A stretch of 64,000 nt of DNA from the NCBI GenBank assembly GCA_032654565.1, contig JAULAX010000017.1, positions 128,001 to 192,000 on the forward strand. The letters are read 5' to 3'. A program made the translations under genes and the position numbers. This DNA comes from Anaeromyxobacteraceae bacterium (lineage in GTDB: Bacteria > Myxococcota > Myxococcia > Myxococcales > Anaeromyxobacteraceae). Below the pieces are notes generated by a model that worked only from the letters and a program-made list of their open reading frames with translations, was not told the origin of the DNA and did not search any database. Shown here in pieces: positions 52,405-64,000 of this stretch (positions are counted from its first letter, which is position 1; every line of letters begins with the position of its first letter).

Positions 52405-52545
52405 GGGCCCACGCAGCGGCCGGCCAACATAACAGAGAATCGGGATTGCCGCCGAGAGGATTGCCGTTATACTCGGCGGATTCAAAGTTTGACGGAGTTT
52501 GACCCTCCGTAGCAATTCCCGCTCAATCCAATCAGGAGTCCGAAC

Positions 52546-52899
52546 ATGGCACGCCAGGCCAACGCCTCGCTCGACGAGATCGTGAAGCGCACCATCGAAG
52601 GGGTGGTGGAGCGCGCCGCCGCCGCCATCGCCCGCTCCATCGCCGACACCGTGGCGCAGCGCCTGGAGGCCGAGCTGAAGAAGTCGGTGGGCAAGGGGGG
52701 CCGGGGCCGCAAGGCCCGCGCCGCCGGGGCCCGCCCCCGCGCCGAGATCACCAAGTGGGTGGCCGACCGCCGGGCCCGCCGGGTGCCGACCTTCGTCATC
52801 GAGGTGACCGGGCTGAAGACCAAGAAGGCCATCGTCGGCAAGTACGGCGACGGCGTGGTCTTCGAGAAGGGGAAGCCAGCGCCCAAGACCAAGGCGTAG
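52546..52899 (+). CDS. Small basic hypothetical protein
   Basis: AGGAG RBS, GC3-rich codons, Lys/Arg-rich, WVADRRARRVP.FVIE. Confidence 0.75.
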   Translation: MARQANASLDEIVKRTIEGVVERAAAAIARSIADTVAQRLEAELKKSVGKGGRGRKARAAGARPRAEITKWVADRRARRVPTFVIEVTGLKTKKAIVGKYGDGVVFEKGKPAPKTKA

Positions 52900-52903
52900 C
52901 GGC

Positions 52904-53308
52904 TCAGCGCCGCTTTCGCGGCGTCCCGGGGCGACGTTCGGGCGGGCTGGTGGCCCCCCTGGGCGCCGCCTCCTTCTTTGCGGCCGGCTCGCCGGGCTTG
53001 GTGGCGGCGGGCTTCTCGCCCCCCTCGGCCTTGGCCGGCGTCGCCGCCGCGGCGGCCGGCTTCTCCGCCCCCTTCTTGGCGTCGGCCCCGCCGGTCGTAC
53101 CCGCCTCGGCCTTGCCCGAGTCCGGGCGCGGCGTGCCGTAGAGGTCGGCGTACCAGCCGCCGCCCTTGAGGTGGAAGGCGGTGCGGGAGACCTCGCGGGT
53201 CATCCGCTTGCTGCCGCAATTGGGGCAGGGGGGAGGGCGCTCCCCCACCCGCTGCATCACCTCGGCGAGCTTCCCACACTTGGCACAGCTGAATTCGTAG
53301 ATTGGCAT
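52904..53308 (-). CDS. FmdB-family zinc-ribbon protein
   Basis: MPIYEF.C..CG...CP.CG...F.LKG.GWY. Confidence 0.9.
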   Translation of the reverse strand: MPIYEFSCAKCGKLAEVMQRVGERPPPCPNCGSKRMTREVSRTAFHLKGGGWYADLYGTPRPDSGKAEAGTTGGADAKKGAEKPAAAAATPAKAEGGEKPAATKPGEPAAKKEAAPRGATSPPERRPGTPRKRR

Positions 53309-53344
53309 GTGACTCCGCGAGGCCCGTGCCGGGCCGGGATCGGT

Positions 53345-54778
53345 TCAGCGGGACGGGCCGCGCCGTCCGCCACCGGGGCTGGGGCGGCCGGGGCCGTGCG
53401 GCCCGCGGCCCGGCTTCCGGGGAGGTGGTCGTGCGCCGGTGGGGCGGCCACTCGTGGGACGACCGCCCGTGGGACGACCGCCCGTAGGACGACCGCCCGC
53501 AGGACGACCGCCCGTGGGACGACCGCCCGCAGGACGACCGCCCGTGGGACGACCGCCCGCAGGACGCCCGCCCGCAGGACGCCCGCCCGCAGGACGACCA
53601 CCCGCAGGACGACCGCCCGTGGGACGACCGCCCGTGGGACGTGGCGTGGAGGACCGGGGCGACGCGCCCGACGTCGCCGGGCGAGGGGCTGCCCGGGGAG
53701 GGGAGGCCGGGACCCGGGGCGCTGCCGTCCCGCGCGGCGGGGCGGCCCGCGGCCGGGCCTCCGGCACCTTGAGCTCGACGCCGAGCTGGACCAGCAGCGG
53801 CCGCACCGTGGCCACCGGGAGCGCCAGCGTCCGGGCCAGCCCGAGCTCCAGCGGCTCGCCGGTGGTGGAGAGGGCGCGCAGGTGCTCGGGGAGCCGCTCC
53901 TTCAGGTCCTGCTCGAACTCCGCGACCAGCTCCAGGTCGGCCAGCTTGTCAGCGCTGCCGACCAGCAGCAGGGCACGCTCGGCCAGCGTGGCCCGCGCCC
54001 GCAGGTCGCGCCGGCGAGCCTCGCGGAGCCTGCGGACATCGGCCTCCAGCCCCAGCCTGGTGATGGCCGCCCCGAGTGAAGCCAGATCGTGGCCCAGCGC
54101 GGCGGCGGCCTGGGACAGGACGGCCCCGGCGGCGCGGACGGCGTGGGACAGCTCGTCCCGCTCGCGGCGGAGGAAGGCGCGGTCGAGGCCGTGGTGCTCC
54201 AGCGCGGCGTCGAGGTCGGCGTCACCGACCGGCCCGCCGTCGGCCCGCCGATGCGTCGCGGCGATGGCCGCCACCAGCATGGGACGGCGGCCGCCGTGGC
54301 GGCGCAGGAGCCGCTCCAGGGCGCCCCGACCGGCGGGCAGCAGCAGCTCCTCGAAGAGGGGCAGGCGAGGGGGGTGGCTCTCCGAGACCGGCGGCGCGGC
54401 CGACGCCTTGCGGACCACCACCTGGGCGCGGCGGGAGCCCTTGCGCCCCTTCTTGACGGCGGCCATCGGGGTCGGCGGCCCGGCCGGAGCCGGCGGCTGG
54501 AGCGCCCCGGACGGTGCGGCGCCGGGGCGGGGGTACCGCTCGGCGCGCTCGCGATCCGCCGCCACGTCGGCAGGGACGCCGCGGGCCAGGTCGGCCAGGG
54601 CGTGGGGGCCGAGCGGGCGGGCCGGCGGCGGGTCGGCCAGCAGGGCCCGCACCGAGAGCAGCTGATCCCAGCCGAGCGTCCCGAGCGCCAGGCGCAGCTC
54701 GCCGGGGGTGGTCTGGCGCCCCGCCTCGGCGCACCAGCGCACCGCCCGTTCGATGGTCTCCAGGTCCAGCTCCGCCAT
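53345..54778 (-). CDS. Hypothetical protein with a possible Fis-like HTH and an RPxGG pentapeptide tail
   Basis: ATG 54778; AVRAAG..LSQAAAALG...L.....RLGL segment; repetitive C-terminus. Confidence 0.65.
   Translation of the reverse strand: MAELDLETIERAVRWCAEAGRQTTPGELRLALGTLGWDQLLSVRALLADPPPARPLGPHALADLARGVPADVAADRERAERYPRPGAAPSGALQPPAPAGPPTPMAAVKKGRKGSRRAQVVVRKASAAPPVSESHPPRLPLFEELLLPAGRGALERLLRRHGGRRPMLVAAIAATHRRADGGPVGDADLDAALEHHGLDRAFLRRERDELSHAVRAAGAVLSQAAAALGHDLASLGAAITRLGLEADVRRLREARRRDLRARATLAERALLLVGSADKLADLELVAEFEQDLKERLPEHLRALSTTGEPLELGLARTLALPVATVRPLLVQLGVELKVPEARPRAAPPRGTAAPRVPASPPRAAPRPATSGASPRSSTPRPTGGRPTGGRPAGGRPAGGRPAGGRPAGGRPTGGRPAGGRPTGGRPAGGRPTGGRPTGGRPTSGRPTGARPPPRKPGRGPHGPGRPSPGGGRRGPSR
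53431..53640 (-). repeat. Coding 15-bp tandem repeat, ~13-14 copies (RP[A/T]GG)
   Basis: GGACGACCGCCCG(T/C)(G/A) units on the + strand. Confidence 0.93.
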
Positions 54779-54879
54779 AGGGGGCGCACCCTGCGACGGC
54801 GGCCGCGTCCAGTCAAGACGGGAGCCGCGACCGGTCGACCCGGTTGCCCGTCGGGGCCTCGCGTGGTTCACTCCCGCCC

Positions 54880-55494
54880 ATGTCGAACCAGCCCGTCCCT
54901 CCCGCCGCCCGCCGCGACGACGGCGTCCCCGGCGCCGTCCCGTACCTGCGCTGGGCGCTCTTCACCATCCTGCTGGCGGCCTGCGCCGCTGCCCTCATCG
55001 GCCTGCCCCGGGCCGAGGCGGGGGGCTGGTCGACCTGGCTGCGGCTGGTGCCGGTGCTGCTGCTGGTCCTCTTCATCGGCGGCTACGCCACCTACCGCTT
55101 CACCCTGGTCCGGGCCGGCCACTACTCCGCCGGCAAGGCGCTGGTGCGGGTGGGGGTGCTGGTGCTCCTGACCGTGGCCATCGCCGGCATCGCCATCGAC
55201 CGCCCCGCCGGGCGGCAGCCGGACGCCGCCACCGACCTGGCCGGGCCGCTGCGGGGCGCCGATCCGCTGGCCCGATCATTGGCCGCCGAGCTGGTCCGCC
55301 ACCGGCCCCGCGCCGAGGCGCTCCGCCACGTCCCGCGGCTCATCGCCCTGCTCGACGACGAGGCGGCGCCGGTGCGGGGCCAGGCCCACGCCTCGCTGGA
55401 GGCCCTGGCCGGGCAGGACGTGGGGCAGGGCGCCGGCGCCGCCGAGCGCTGGCGGAAGGTCTGGGGCGCGCAGGGCGTCACGGCCGCACCCTAG
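54880..55494 (+). CDS. Membrane protein with a C-terminal HEAT-like repeat
   Basis: Three TM helices; VPRLIALLDDE...VR..A...L..LAG. Confidence 0.7.
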   Translation: MSNQPVPPAARRDDGVPGAVPYLRWALFTILLAACAAALIGLPRAEAGGWSTWLRLVPVLLLVLFIGGYATYRFTLVRAGHYSAGKALVRVGVLVLLTVAIAGIAIDRPAGRQPDAATDLAGPLRGADPLARSLAAELVRHRPRAEALRHVPRLIALLDDEAAPVRGQAHASLEALAGQDVGQGAGAAERWRKVWGAQGVTAAP

Positions 55495-55577
55495 GACCTC
55501 CCCCTGGGCCGGCGCCGCCTCGCCGGGCGGTCCCGCCACCCGCGGCGCCGATCGGCTTGCCGGCCGGGCCCCGTCCT

Positions 55578-55596
55578 GATAATGAGAACCGTTATC
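55578..55596. promoter_or_regulatory. Fur box
   Basis: GATAATGAGAACCGTTATC, 16/19 match to GATAATGATAATCATTATC, directly upstream of fur-feoB. Confidence 0.85.
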
Positions 55597-55599
55597 AAG

Positions 55600-56112
55600 A
55601 TGAGCTCCGCCAAGGCCACCACCCGCACCCCCACCCCGGCCCTCCGCCCCGGGCCGGCCGCCCACGCCGGCCGCGCCGCCCTGCAGGCCGAGATCGCCCG
55701 GCTGGGGCTGAAGCGCTCCCGCCAGCGCGACCTGGTGGCCGACACCTTCTTCGCCATGGGCGGCCACCTCTCGGTGGAGCAGCTGGTGACGGCGGCCCGC
55801 CGCGGCGATCCCCGGGTCAGCGTGGCCACCGTCTACCGGACCATGAAGCTGCTGGCCGACTGCGGCCTGGCCTTCCCGCGCCAGTTCGACGGCACCCAGA
55901 CCCGGTACGAGCCGGCCGCGGGCCGGCCCCACCACGACCACCTCATCTGCACCCGCTGCGGCGCCATCGAGGAGTTCGCCGAGGCCCGCATCGAGGCGCT
56001 GCAGTCGCGGGTCGCCGCCGGCCGCGGCTTCGAGGTGGAGACCCACAAGCTGGAGCTCTACGGCCGCTGCGCCGCCTGCCGCCGTGGGGCGGGGAAGGAG
56101 GCCCGGCCATGA
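55600..56112 (+). CDS. fur: Fur-family transcriptional regulator
   Basis: ATVYRT, HHDHLICTRC, H.LELYGRCAAC. Confidence 0.92.
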   Translation: MSSAKATTRTPTPALRPGPAAHAGRAALQAEIARLGLKRSRQRDLVADTFFAMGGHLSVEQLVTAARRGDPRVSVATVYRTMKLLADCGLAFPRQFDGTQTRYEPAAGRPHHDHLICTRCGAIEEFAEARIEALQSRVAAGRGFEVETHKLELYGRCAACRRGAGKEARP

Positions 56113-58163
56113 GTCCCCCGCCGCCCGCCGCCGCCCAGGTGCTGGAGGCCGGGGCCCTGGTGGCGCCCACCCGCTCGGTGATCCTGGTGGGCAACCCCAA
56201 CGTCGGCAAGAGCGTCCTCTTCGGCGCCCTCACCGGCCGCTACGTCACCGTCTCCAACTACCCCGGCACCACCGTGGAGGTGACCCGGGGCCACGCCACC
56301 ATCGACGGCGCCCCCTGGCACGTCATGGACACGCCGGGCACCAACAACCTGCTCCCCATGTCGGAGGACGAGCAGGTCACCCGCGACATCCTCCAGGCCG
56401 AGACCGGGTACGCCTGCGTCCAGGTCTGCGACGCCAAGAACCTGCGGCGCGGCCTGCTGCTGACCTCCCAGCTGGCCGAGGCCGGGGTCCCCTTCCTGCT
56501 GGCGCTCAACATGGCCGACGAGGCCGCCAGCCGCGGTTTCCAGGTGGACGAGGCCGGCCTGGCGAAGGCGCTCGGCGTCGACGTGGTGGCCACGGTGGCG
56601 GTGCAACGCCAGGGGCTGGCGGAGCTGCAGGCGCGCCTGCCGGCGGCGCGGGTCTCCAGCTTCCGGCCCCGCTACGACCAGGCCATCGAGGCGGCGCTCG
56701 ACGAGGTGGCCCCGCTGATGCCGAAGGGAGGGCTGGGCGCCCGGGCCCTGGGGCTGATGGCGCTGGTGGGCGACGACTCGCTGCGCGGTCTGCTCAACGC
56801 CCGGCTCACCGCGGCGGCGCTGGCCCGGGTCGACGAGGTGGGGCGGGCCCTGGCGGCCCGCTACCCGGAGTCGCTCCGCTTCGTGGTGGCCCGGCAGCGG
56901 CTGGCGGCGGTGGACCGGCTCCACGAGGCCGTGGTCACCCGCGGCGCCCGCTCGGCCGGCTCCGACTTCGCCCGGCGGCTGGGCGCCTGGTCGACCCACC
57001 CGATCTACGGCGTCCCCCTGCTGCTGCTGGTGCTCTTCCTGGCCTGGCTCTTCGTCGGGCTGTTCGGGGCCGGGACCGCCGTCGACTTCCTCGAGCACAC
57101 CGTCTTCCAGCGGTACCTGGTCCCCTGGACCGAGGCGGCGCTGCAGGCGGTGCTGCCGGGCGGCGCGGTGCGCGAGTTCCTCATCGGCCCGGCCGGCGTC
57201 CCATACCAGGAGCACGGCGGCTTCATCATCGGCCGCTACGGCATGGTCTCGATGGGGCTCTCCTACGCGGTGGCCATCGTGCTGCCCATCGTCGCCACCT
57301 TCTTCGTGGCCTTCTCCATCCTCGAGGACTCGGGCTACCTGCCGCGCCTGGCGGTGATGGTGAACCAGATCTTCAAGCGCATGGGGTTGAACGGCAAGGC
57401 GGTGCTGCCCATGGTGCTCGGCCTCGGCTGCGACACCATGGCCACCATGACCGCCCGCATCATGGAGACGCGCAAGGAGCGGGTCATCGTCACCCTGCTG
57501 CTGGCGCTGGCCGTCCCCTGCAGCGCCCAGCTGGCGGTGATCCTGGCCATGACCGCCGGCCTGCCCCTGGCGGCGCTGCTCTGGTTCGGCGGGACCCTGC
57601 TGATGGTGATCTTCCTGATCGGCTGGCTGGCGGCCAAGGTCATCCCCGGGCGCGGCTCCGACTTCATGCTGGAGCTGCCGCCGCTGCGGCTGCCGCAGCT
57701 CGGCAACGTCGCCGTCAAGACCCTGGCCCGCATCGAGTGGTACCTGCGCGAGGCCATGCCGCTGTTCCTGCTCGGCACCCTGCTGCTCTACGCCATGGAC
57801 CGCTTCCACCTGCTGGCGGCCCTGGAGCACGCCGCCGAGCCGCTCATGTCCGGCGTGCTCGGGCTCCCCAAGGAGGCGGCCGGCGCCTTCATCCTCGGCT
57901 TCCTGCGCCGCGACTACGCCGCCGCCGGGCTCTTCGCCCACTACCAGCCCCACATCGCCGCCCACACCATGACCCGGTCGATGGAGATCGAGGTGGTGGT
58001 GGCGCTGGTCACCATCACCCTCTTCATCCCCTGCATCGCCAACTTCTTCATGATCCTCAAGGAGCGGGGGATGAAGACCGGCCTGGCCATGATGGGGTTC
58101 ATCCTGCCCTTCTCGGTGGGGGTGGGCGCCCTGGTGAACCAGCTGATGCGGGCGGTCTACTGA
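56109..58163 (+). CDS. feoB: Ferrous iron transporter FeoB
   Basis: GNPNVGKS, NYPGTTV, DTPG, NMAD, LEDSGYLPR, GLGC, PCSA, ELPP. Confidence 0.95.
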   Translation: MSPPPPAAAQVLEAGALVAPTRSVILVGNPNVGKSVLFGALTGRYVTVSNYPGTTVEVTRGHATIDGAPWHVMDTPGTNNLLPMSEDEQVTRDILQAETGYACVQVCDAKNLRRGLLLTSQLAEAGVPFLLALNMADEAASRGFQVDEAGLAKALGVDVVATVAVQRQGLAELQARLPAARVSSFRPRYDQAIEAALDEVAPLMPKGGLGARALGLMALVGDDSLRGLLNARLTAAALARVDEVGRALAARYPESLRFVVARQRLAAVDRLHEAVVTRGARSAGSDFARRLGAWSTHPIYGVPLLLLVLFLAWLFVGLFGAGTAVDFLEHTVFQRYLVPWTEAALQAVLPGGAVREFLIGPAGVPYQEHGGFIIGRYGMVSMGLSYAVAIVLPIVATFFVAFSILEDSGYLPRLAVMVNQIFKRMGLNGKAVLPMVLGLGCDTMATMTARIMETRKERVIVTLLLALAVPCSAQLAVILAMTAGLPLAALLWFGGTLLMVIFLIGWLAAKVIPGRGSDFMLELPPLRLPQLGNVAVKTLARIEWYLREAMPLFLLGTLLLYAMDRFHLLAALEHAAEPLMSGVLGLPKEAAGAFILGFLRRDYAAAGLFAHYQPHIAAHTMTRSMEIEVVVALVTITLFIPCIANFFMILKERGMKTGLAMMGFILPFSVGVGALVNQLMRAVY

Positions 58164-58408
58164 TGCCCGCCGCCGGCGCCGCCGCGGCCACGGTCCGCCT
58201 CGAGCACTGCCCGCTCTGCGGCGTCGACTTCGACGCCTCGGGGCAGGGGTGCCGCCCCAGCTGTCCCATGGCCACCGGCTGCCACGTGGTCTGCTGCCCC
58301 GGCTGCGGCTACAGTTTCCCCCAGGAGAACACCGGGCTGGCCGGCAAGCTGAAGCGCTTCCTCGAGGAGCGCCGCCGCCTGTCGGCGCAGAAGGGGAGCG
58401 CCACCTGA
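58163..58408 (+). CDS. Small Cys-rich protein (8 Cys) coupled to feoB
   Basis: TGATG overlap; CPLC...GC...CP...GC...CCPGCGY. Confidence 0.75.
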   Translation: MPAAGAAAATVRLEHCPLCGVDFDASGQGCRPSCPMATGCHVVCCPGCGYSFPQENTGLAGKLKRFLEERRRLSAQKGSAT

Positions 58409-58419
58409 CCACCGCCGCC

Positions 58420-59088
58420 ATGCCGTCCCGCCGCCTCGAGGAGCTGCTCGAGACCGTCTTCACCGAGCGCGAGGAGCACCGCGACCAGGTGGCCTCGGTG
58501 CTCGCCCAGGCCGCCCCGGCCCACGCCCCCGACGCCGCCCGCGCCGATCTCGAGGCGCTGGCCGGGGAGGGGCTGCTGCGGCTCGACGGCGCCACCGTGC
58601 AGCTGACCCCGGCCGGCGAGGCCCGGGCCCGCGACGTGGTGCGGCGCCACCGGCTCACCGAGCGGCTCTTCAAGGACCTGCTGGCGGTCTCCGACACCAC
58701 CATGGAGGACCAGGCCTGCGAGCTCGAGCACATCCTCTCGCCGGAGGCGACCGAGTCGGTCTGCACCGTGCTCGGCCACCCGCCCACCTGCCCGCACGGG
58801 CGCCCCATCCCCCCCGGGGCCTGCTGCGCCACCTTCCAGAAGACGGTGCGGCCGCTGGTGACCGGGCTGCGCCACTTCGAGCTGGGGGCCACCGGCCGCA
58901 TCGTCTTCATCGCCCCCAAGTTCCACGACCGGATGGATCGGCTGGCCGCGCTCGGGGTCATCCCGGGGAGCGAGCTGCGGCTGCACCAGCGCTCGCCCTC
59001 CTACGTCATCGAGATCGGCGAGACCACCATCGCCCTCGACCCGGAGATCGCCGGCGAGATCTTCGTCAAGCCGGTGGAGCGGCGATAG
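58420..59088 (+). CDS. DtxR/MntR-family metalloregulator with a C-terminal FeoA domain
   Basis: LTPAG...A..VVRRHRL.ER, AC.LEH.LS, P.TCPHG.PIP, RL.ALGV.PG. Confidence 0.88.
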   Translation: MPSRRLEELLETVFTEREEHRDQVASVLAQAAPAHAPDAARADLEALAGEGLLRLDGATVQLTPAGEARARDVVRRHRLTERLFKDLLAVSDTTMEDQACELEHILSPEATESVCTVLGHPPTCPHGRPIPPGACCATFQKTVRPLVTGLRHFELGATGRIVFIAPKFHDRMDRLAALGVIPGSELRLHQRSPSYVIEIGETTIALDPEIAGEIFVKPVERR

Positions 59089-59145
59089 CGGGAGATTTCT
59101 GGACGGAGCGACCCCCGCTGGTAGCTTCGGCGCCGGGTCGACCGC

Positions 59146-59444
59146 ATGTCCTGGCAAGGTGGGCGAAAAGCCTCGTTGTTCCTCCTCGGCGCCGCCGTCC
59201 TGCTGGCGGTGGCCGGCGCCCTCGATCCGTCCGGGCTGGCCAAGAGCGACCGCCTCCAGGAGGAGTGCCTGCGCCTGGCGGCCGAGAACGGCCGGGTCCA
59301 GCAGGAGAACCACCGGCTGGCCCGCGAGGCCCGGGCCCTGCTCACCGATCCCAAGGCCAGGGAGCGGGCCGCCCGCGAGGAGCTCCGCTTCATCCGGGCC
59401 GGCGAGGTCATCTACCGGCTCGACGGCCGCGGCGCGGGGGCCCC

Positions 59445-59448
<4 letters not shown>
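59146..59448 (+). CDS. ftsB: Septum formation initiator FtsB/DivIC
   Basis: TM, coiled coil, ER.AREEL.FI..GE.IY. Confidence 0.85.
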
Positions 59449-61760
<2,312 letters not shown>

Positions 61761-61857
61761 AGGGCGCGCCGCCCCGCCGCGGCGGTGGCCGCGCCCCGGC
61801 TCCCCCTGCTACACTCCGTGGCGCGCCGCGCGGTCGGGCGCGGGGAGCCGCTCCGGC

Positions 61858-63180
61858 GTGAAAAAGAACTTCGTCCTCGACACCAACGTCCTGCTGCACG
61901 ATCCCAAGAGCATGTACGGGTTCGACGACAACGACGTCGTCATCCCCATCCACGTCATCGAGGAGATCGACAACTTCAAGCGGGACCTCTCCTCGCTGGG
62001 GCGCAACGCCCGCCAGGTCTCACGCTCGCTCGACGAGTTCCGCCGCGCCGGCAAGCTGCGCGAGGGGGTCTCGATCGGGCCCGGCAAGGGCAGGCTGCGG
62101 GTGCTCTTCGCCGATCGCAAGCTGCCGCCCGAGGTGGGCGACGGCCACGCCATGGACGACAAGATCCTGGCGGTGGCCTTCGACCTCGCCACCAAGGAGA
62201 AGGGGACGCCCTGCGTCTTCGTCACCAAGGACACCAACCTCCGGATCCGCGCCGACGCCCTGGGGCTGCACGCCGAGGACTACGACGTCGAGGGGGTGGA
62301 GATCGACGAGCTCTGGAGCGGCGTCGCCGAGATCGACGTCGACCCGGAGGTGGTCAACGAGTTCTACGCCAGCGGCGCGGTGGCCTGCCCGGCGGGGATG
62401 CCGCCGCCGCCGCCCAACGCCTTCGTGGTGCTGCGCGACAAGCTGGCCCCGCAGCACAGCGCCGTGGGCAAGTACTCGGCCGCCCGGGGCGCCTTCGTGC
62501 AGCTGATCAAGACGCCCAAGGAGGGGGTCTGGGGGATCCGGCCGCGCAACAAGGAGCAGTCCTTCGCCCTCGACGTGCTGCTCAACGACGAGATCCGGCT
62601 GGTCACCATCGTCGGCAAGGCCGGCACCGGCAAGACCCTGCTGGCCATCGCCGCCGGCCTGCAGAAGACCATGGAGGAGTCGGTCTACCAGAAGCTGCTG
62701 GTCTCCCGGCCCATCTTCCCGCTCGGCCGCGACATCGGCTACCTGCCCGGCTCGGTGGAGGAGAAGCTCAACCCCTGGATGCAGCCCATCTTCGACAACG
62801 TCGAGTACCTGATGAACCTGTCGCGCTCGGAGAAGAAGGCCGGGCGCGGCTGGCACGAGCTGATGGATCTCGGCATCCTCGAGATCGAGCCGCTCACCTA
62901 CATCCGCGGCCGCTCCATCCCCAACCAGTTCATGATCGTCGACGAGGCGCAGAACCTGACGCCCCACGAGGTGAAGACCATCCTCACCCGCGTCGGCGAC
63001 GGCACCAAGATCGTGCTCACCGGCGACCCCTACCAGATCGACAACCCCTACGTGGACCAGACCAACAACGGCCTGGTGCACGTGGTGAACCGGTTCAAGG
63101 ACGAGCGGCTGGCGGGCCACATCACCCTCTCCAAGGGCGAGCGCTCGCCGCTGGCCGAGCTGGCCGCCAACCTGCTGTAG
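61858..63180 (+). CDS. PIN-domain plus PhoH-family ATPase
   Basis: VLDTNVLL (PIN), GKAGTGKT, IGYLPG, YIRGRS, DEAQN, GD..QID. Confidence 0.93.
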   Translation: MKKNFVLDTNVLLHDPKSMYGFDDNDVVIPIHVIEEIDNFKRDLSSLGRNARQVSRSLDEFRRAGKLREGVSIGPGKGRLRVLFADRKLPPEVGDGHAMDDKILAVAFDLATKEKGTPCVFVTKDTNLRIRADALGLHAEDYDVEGVEIDELWSGVAEIDVDPEVVNEFYASGAVACPAGMPPPPPNAFVVLRDKLAPQHSAVGKYSAARGAFVQLIKTPKEGVWGIRPRNKEQSFALDVLLNDEIRLVTIVGKAGTGKTLLAIAAGLQKTMEESVYQKLLVSRPIFPLGRDIGYLPGSVEEKLNPWMQPIFDNVEYLMNLSRSEKKAGRGWHELMDLGILEIEPLTYIRGRSIPNQFMIVDEAQNLTPHEVKTILTRVGDGTKIVLTGDPYQIDNPYVDQTNNGLVHVVNRFKDERLAGHITLSKGERSPLAELAANLL

Positions 63181-63189
63181 CGGCCGGGA

Positions 63190-64000
63190 CTAGGCGGTGG
63201 CGAGCCGGAAGTCGACCAGGTCGACCGGCGCCGGCGCCATCCCGAAGGTGACCGACTCGCGCCACCCCTCGGCGTCGCCGCCCACCTGCAGCGGCACCGG
63301 GCGCTCGAAGCGGAGCGTCACCTGGTCGGCGTGGAAGTCGAGGATCTTCTCGTGGGCGAAGTCGCCCGACCAGATGCGGTGCAGGTTGACCAGCAGCGTG
63401 GAGACCGCCGGGTCGGAGACCACCCGCAGCTGCATCAGGCCGCGGGACTTGCCGGCGTGCGGGAAGATGCGCAGCCCCATGCCGTAGAAGGGGACGGTGC
63501 TGGCGCCGGCCATCAGGCAGGGGCCGGCGTAGAGGAGCTGGCCCGGGGCGATGGCCGGGCCGACGCGGCGCCCCTGGTCGTCGAGCCGCCAGGCCTGGCG
63601 CCCGGTGTTGACGATCTCGCAGTAGGCGGGGCGGCGCTCCAGCAGCTGGCGCGGCGCCGAGCGCAGCGCCACCGCCAGCCCGTAGCCGGCCACCCCGAGG
63701 CCGAGCCCCTGCAGCGGGGTCCCGGCCAGCTGCTGCTTGAGCCAGTTGTAGTCGTTGAGGATGGCGGCGTCGATCCCCACCCCGGCGAAGGGGGTGCGGC
63801 GCCCCTCGCAGGTGACCAGGTCGATGCGGCGGGTGCCGCCGAACTCGCCGGCCAGGAAGCGGGAGAGGTCGCGGGCGTGGTGGCGCGGGGTGGCCCCCAG
63901 CAGCTCGGCCACGGCGTTGCCGGTGCCCAGCGCCAGCACCCCGAAGCGCGGCGACCGCTGGTGGCGGCGCTCGGCGGCGTCGATGATGCGGTTGATCCAG
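63190..64000 (-). CDS. Diacylglycerol/lipid kinase family protein (N-terminus beyond the window)
   Basis: LGTGNA.A, FAGVGIDA, YG.G..IFP.A, Q.GGD. Confidence 0.8.
   Translation of the reverse strand, partial: WINRIIDAAERRHQRSPRFGVLALGTGNAVAELLGATPRHHARDLSRFLAGEFGGTRRIDLVTCEGRRTPFAGVGIDAAILNDYNWLKQQLAGTPLQGLGLGVAGYGLAVALRSAPRQLLERRPAYCEIVNTGRQAWRLDDQGRRVGPAIAPGQLLYAGPCLMAGASTVPFYGMGLRIFPHAGKSRGLMQLRVVSDPAVSTLLVNLHRIWSGDFAHEKILDFHADQVTLRFERPVPLQVGGDAEGWRESVTFGMAPAPVDLVDFRLATA

Noticed and set aside
54708..58163. 1151-aa FeoB with a long N-terminal extension (similar over-extensions for modB, modC, moaA, lipB and tpiA in the ORF track)
   Set aside because: The extensions overlap other real genes; internal starts coupled to upstream stops fit the families better.

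Overview
Very GC-rich bacterial DNA with a gene content typical of Myxococcota (Anaeromyxobacter-like; this is inferred from gene content, not from a search). Most of the window is housekeeping or metabolic: modABC, a B12-dependent acyl-CoA mutase with isobutyryl-CoA-mutase signature residues, moaA, a lipA/2-oxoacid dehydrogenase/lpdA/lipB operon, argS, gap-pgk-tpiA-secG, a sulfur-relay cluster with cysC and larE, truA, clpX, an Hsp70, a Fur-boxed fur-feoB-DtxR operon, ftsB with a GAF-GAF-GGDEF cyclase, and PhoH. There are three tRNAs. The best candidate for an undescribed system is a minus-strand cluster at 17617-23185. It encodes a lasso-B2-type Cys peptidase fused to a C-terminal RRE (PqqD) domain, a lipoprotein, a 64-aa peptide with a YxxPxL...T(-2) leader, a TolB-like lipoprotein, a second RRE, an HPr-kinase-like enzyme and a nucleotidyltransferase. 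It has no lasso cyclase and no ring-forming Asp/Glu in the core, so it may make a non-lasso, phosphorylated or nucleotidylated RiPP. Other oddities are a 53-bp hairpin repeat array with compensatory base changes (8051-8321) and a truncated HNH-family element flanked by tandem repeats (25183-26440). All product calls come from motif reading only; no searches were run.
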